A stretch of 63,798 nucleotides of DNA, counting the filler, from Octopus bimaculoides (taxonomy: Eukaryota): the NCBI RefSeq assembly GCF_001194135.2. It is 5 parts of 4 records of this genome, joined end to end, with 100 filler letters (N's around TTAATTAATTAA, not from the genome) between each part and the next. Parts side by side here need not be neighbours in the genome. Positions count along the whole stretch, not along the records: positions 53,716 to 62,661 come from NC_068982.1; positions 62,762 to 63,798 come from NW_026297756.1; 3 more parts are not named here. One strand, given 5' to 3'. Both the position numbers and the translations under genes were made by a program. The notes beneath the pieces are model-generated. The model saw only the letters and a list, made by a program, of their open reading frames with translations. It had not been told where the DNA came from and did not search any database. Of this stretch, positions 62,047 through 63,798 are shown in pieces (the first letter of the stretch is position 1; every line of letters begins with the position of its first letter).

Positions 62047-62123
62047 ACTACGTTCATCCGTTCCTCAGCATTATCTTCATCCATTCCCAGTGTAAGGATC
62101 TTGGTAGCAGGATTAGTTACATC
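62047..62123 (-). CDS. Candidate exon of the unidentified gene
   Basis: ttttctatccgttag acceptor (phase 0), GT|gtaact donor (phase 2). Encodes DVTNPATKILTLGMDEDNAEERMNV; a 69-nt intron would remove the in-frame TAA at 62045-62043. Confidence 0.35.
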
Positions 62124-63798
62124 CTAACGGATAGAAAATATTAATAGTTCATGTATAATCTGCTTATCCTTTGAAACCGTAAATCTTGTGATTACATTTG
62201 CAGTATCCTAATAGTAGAGCTCACATATGTGTACAGGTATACATTCTAAATAGTTTGAGGAACAACGCAATCTACGTTACTAAACATTACAGAAACTATA
62301 CAATAAATATTATCCGAAAAAAAAAAACAATATGCTTAGGTGCAGGCGTAGCTGTGTGGCAAGAAGCTTTATTTCCAATCACTTGGTTCCGGGTTCAATC
62401 ACACTACGTGGCACATTGGGCAAGTGTCTTCTACTATAGCCTCTGGCCGACCAAAGCCTTGTGAGTGGATTTGGTAGAGGGAAACTGAAAAAAGCCCGTC
62501 GCATATATATATATATATATATAATTTTAGGATAAAACTTTATAAGAATTTATCAAGTAGTTAGCGTGAAAAAACCTCATAAGAAAAAAAAACCATTACT
62601 ATACAATAATGCCTCAGTTTTGACTTATGGAGTCCCTCTAAGCGTGAGGCATTATTGTATANNNNNNNNNNNNNNNNNNNNNNNNNNNNNNNNNNNNNNN
62701 NNNNNTTAATTAATTAANNNNNNNNNNNNNNNNNNNNNNNNNNNNNNNNNNNNNNNNNNNNAGCATGGAAAGCGGACATTAAACGACGATGATGATGATG
62801 ATGATATATATCTATATATTTAGGTTGTTGGCCCTTCGTCGCTTATGACGTCGAGGGTTGCAGTTGATCCGATCGACGGAACAGCCTGCTCATGAAATTT
62901 ATGTGCAAGTGGCTGAGCACTCCACAGACTTGTATCCTTAACGAATTTCTCAGGGATATTCAGCGTGACACAGTGTGACAAGGCTGACCCATTGAATTAC
63001 AGGCACAAGAGAAACAGGAAGTAAGAGTGAGAGAAAGTTGTGGTGGAAGAGTACAGCAGGGTTCACCAAGATCCCCTGCCGGAGCCTCGTGGAGCTTTAG
63101 GTGTTTTCGCTCAATAAACACGCACAACGCCCGGTCTCAGAATCGAAACCGCAAGTCCGCTGCCCTAATCACTGGGCCATTGCGTCTCCACATATATTCA
63201 TATATATAAATATATTTATGTATACTCATATATATTTATATATATATATATATTTTTCATTTTCATTTTCTCTAGTTTTAGCTCAAGAGTTGTGGCCATG
63301 TTGGGGCACCGCCATTTGGTGTTGCTACATAATTTTACTTCAGGAATTGACATTTGGTGCATGAGAGAGTTTGATGCAGCTGCCCTCATCTGCACCTCCT
63401 GCCGCAAAGTTGGTTCATCTGGGACACTTGACAGGAAGAGGACCATATATATATATAAAATTTAATAAATGGAGTAATACGCATATGTTAAATGAATTCA
63501 TTTATTTCCAACATATCTTTCGAAGATTACAAATGGTTCCTTCCAAAGGAATGAGTGATGTTGATAAAGATGTAATCTTCTCTTCAGGGAAATTCATAAG
63601 AGCCAACTTAACCGTAAGACATTTTAAGCGAATGTGACAACTGCATGCAGAGAAGATTGCTACATATCTTATTTGAAAAAACCGTTCGAAAATGCAACGC
63701 TACGAGACAGTACGTTGGACAAGGAGGGAAGAAAAGAAGGAAAACAGAAATTTAGAATGGGAAGTCAATAAAATGATTTAAAACCAGATTAAAAATGG

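Overview
AT-rich, gap-riddled eukaryotic genomic DNA; the repeat families and microsatellite load are most consistent with an octopus (coleoid cephalopod) draft assembly. I reconstructed spliced genes by hand from splice sites, intron phases and protein motifs. They are: (1) the last two coding exons of a MAP9/ASAP-like gene (+, 3783-6899); (2) the 3' part of a Ki-67 (MKI67)-like gene (-, six exons, 24790 to 13737) with three internal tandem repeats rich in CDK sites; (3) one orphan exon of a phosducin-like 3 (PDCL3) gene (-, 28037-28127); (4) the 5' part of a NUP42/NUPL2-like gene (+, six exons, 32368-46466); and (5) a phase-consistent but unidentified gene (-, about 62123 to 53766). Introns and intergenic DNA are filled with tRNA-derived SINEs, 5'-truncated RTE, R4-type and Tx1-type LINE pieces, mariner and maT (DD37D) relics, piggyBac-type MITEs and microsatellites. 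Four 100-bp spacers containing TTAATTAATTAA mark artificial scaffold joins, and gene models break at them. The most novel-looking signal is a small element (copies at 1190-1543 and 42391-42660). It combines a tRNA-like Pol III head with a Penelope-type minimal hammerhead ribozyme tail, and each copy carries an inverted piece of its own 3' end. Repeat boundaries are approximate; no database searches were run.
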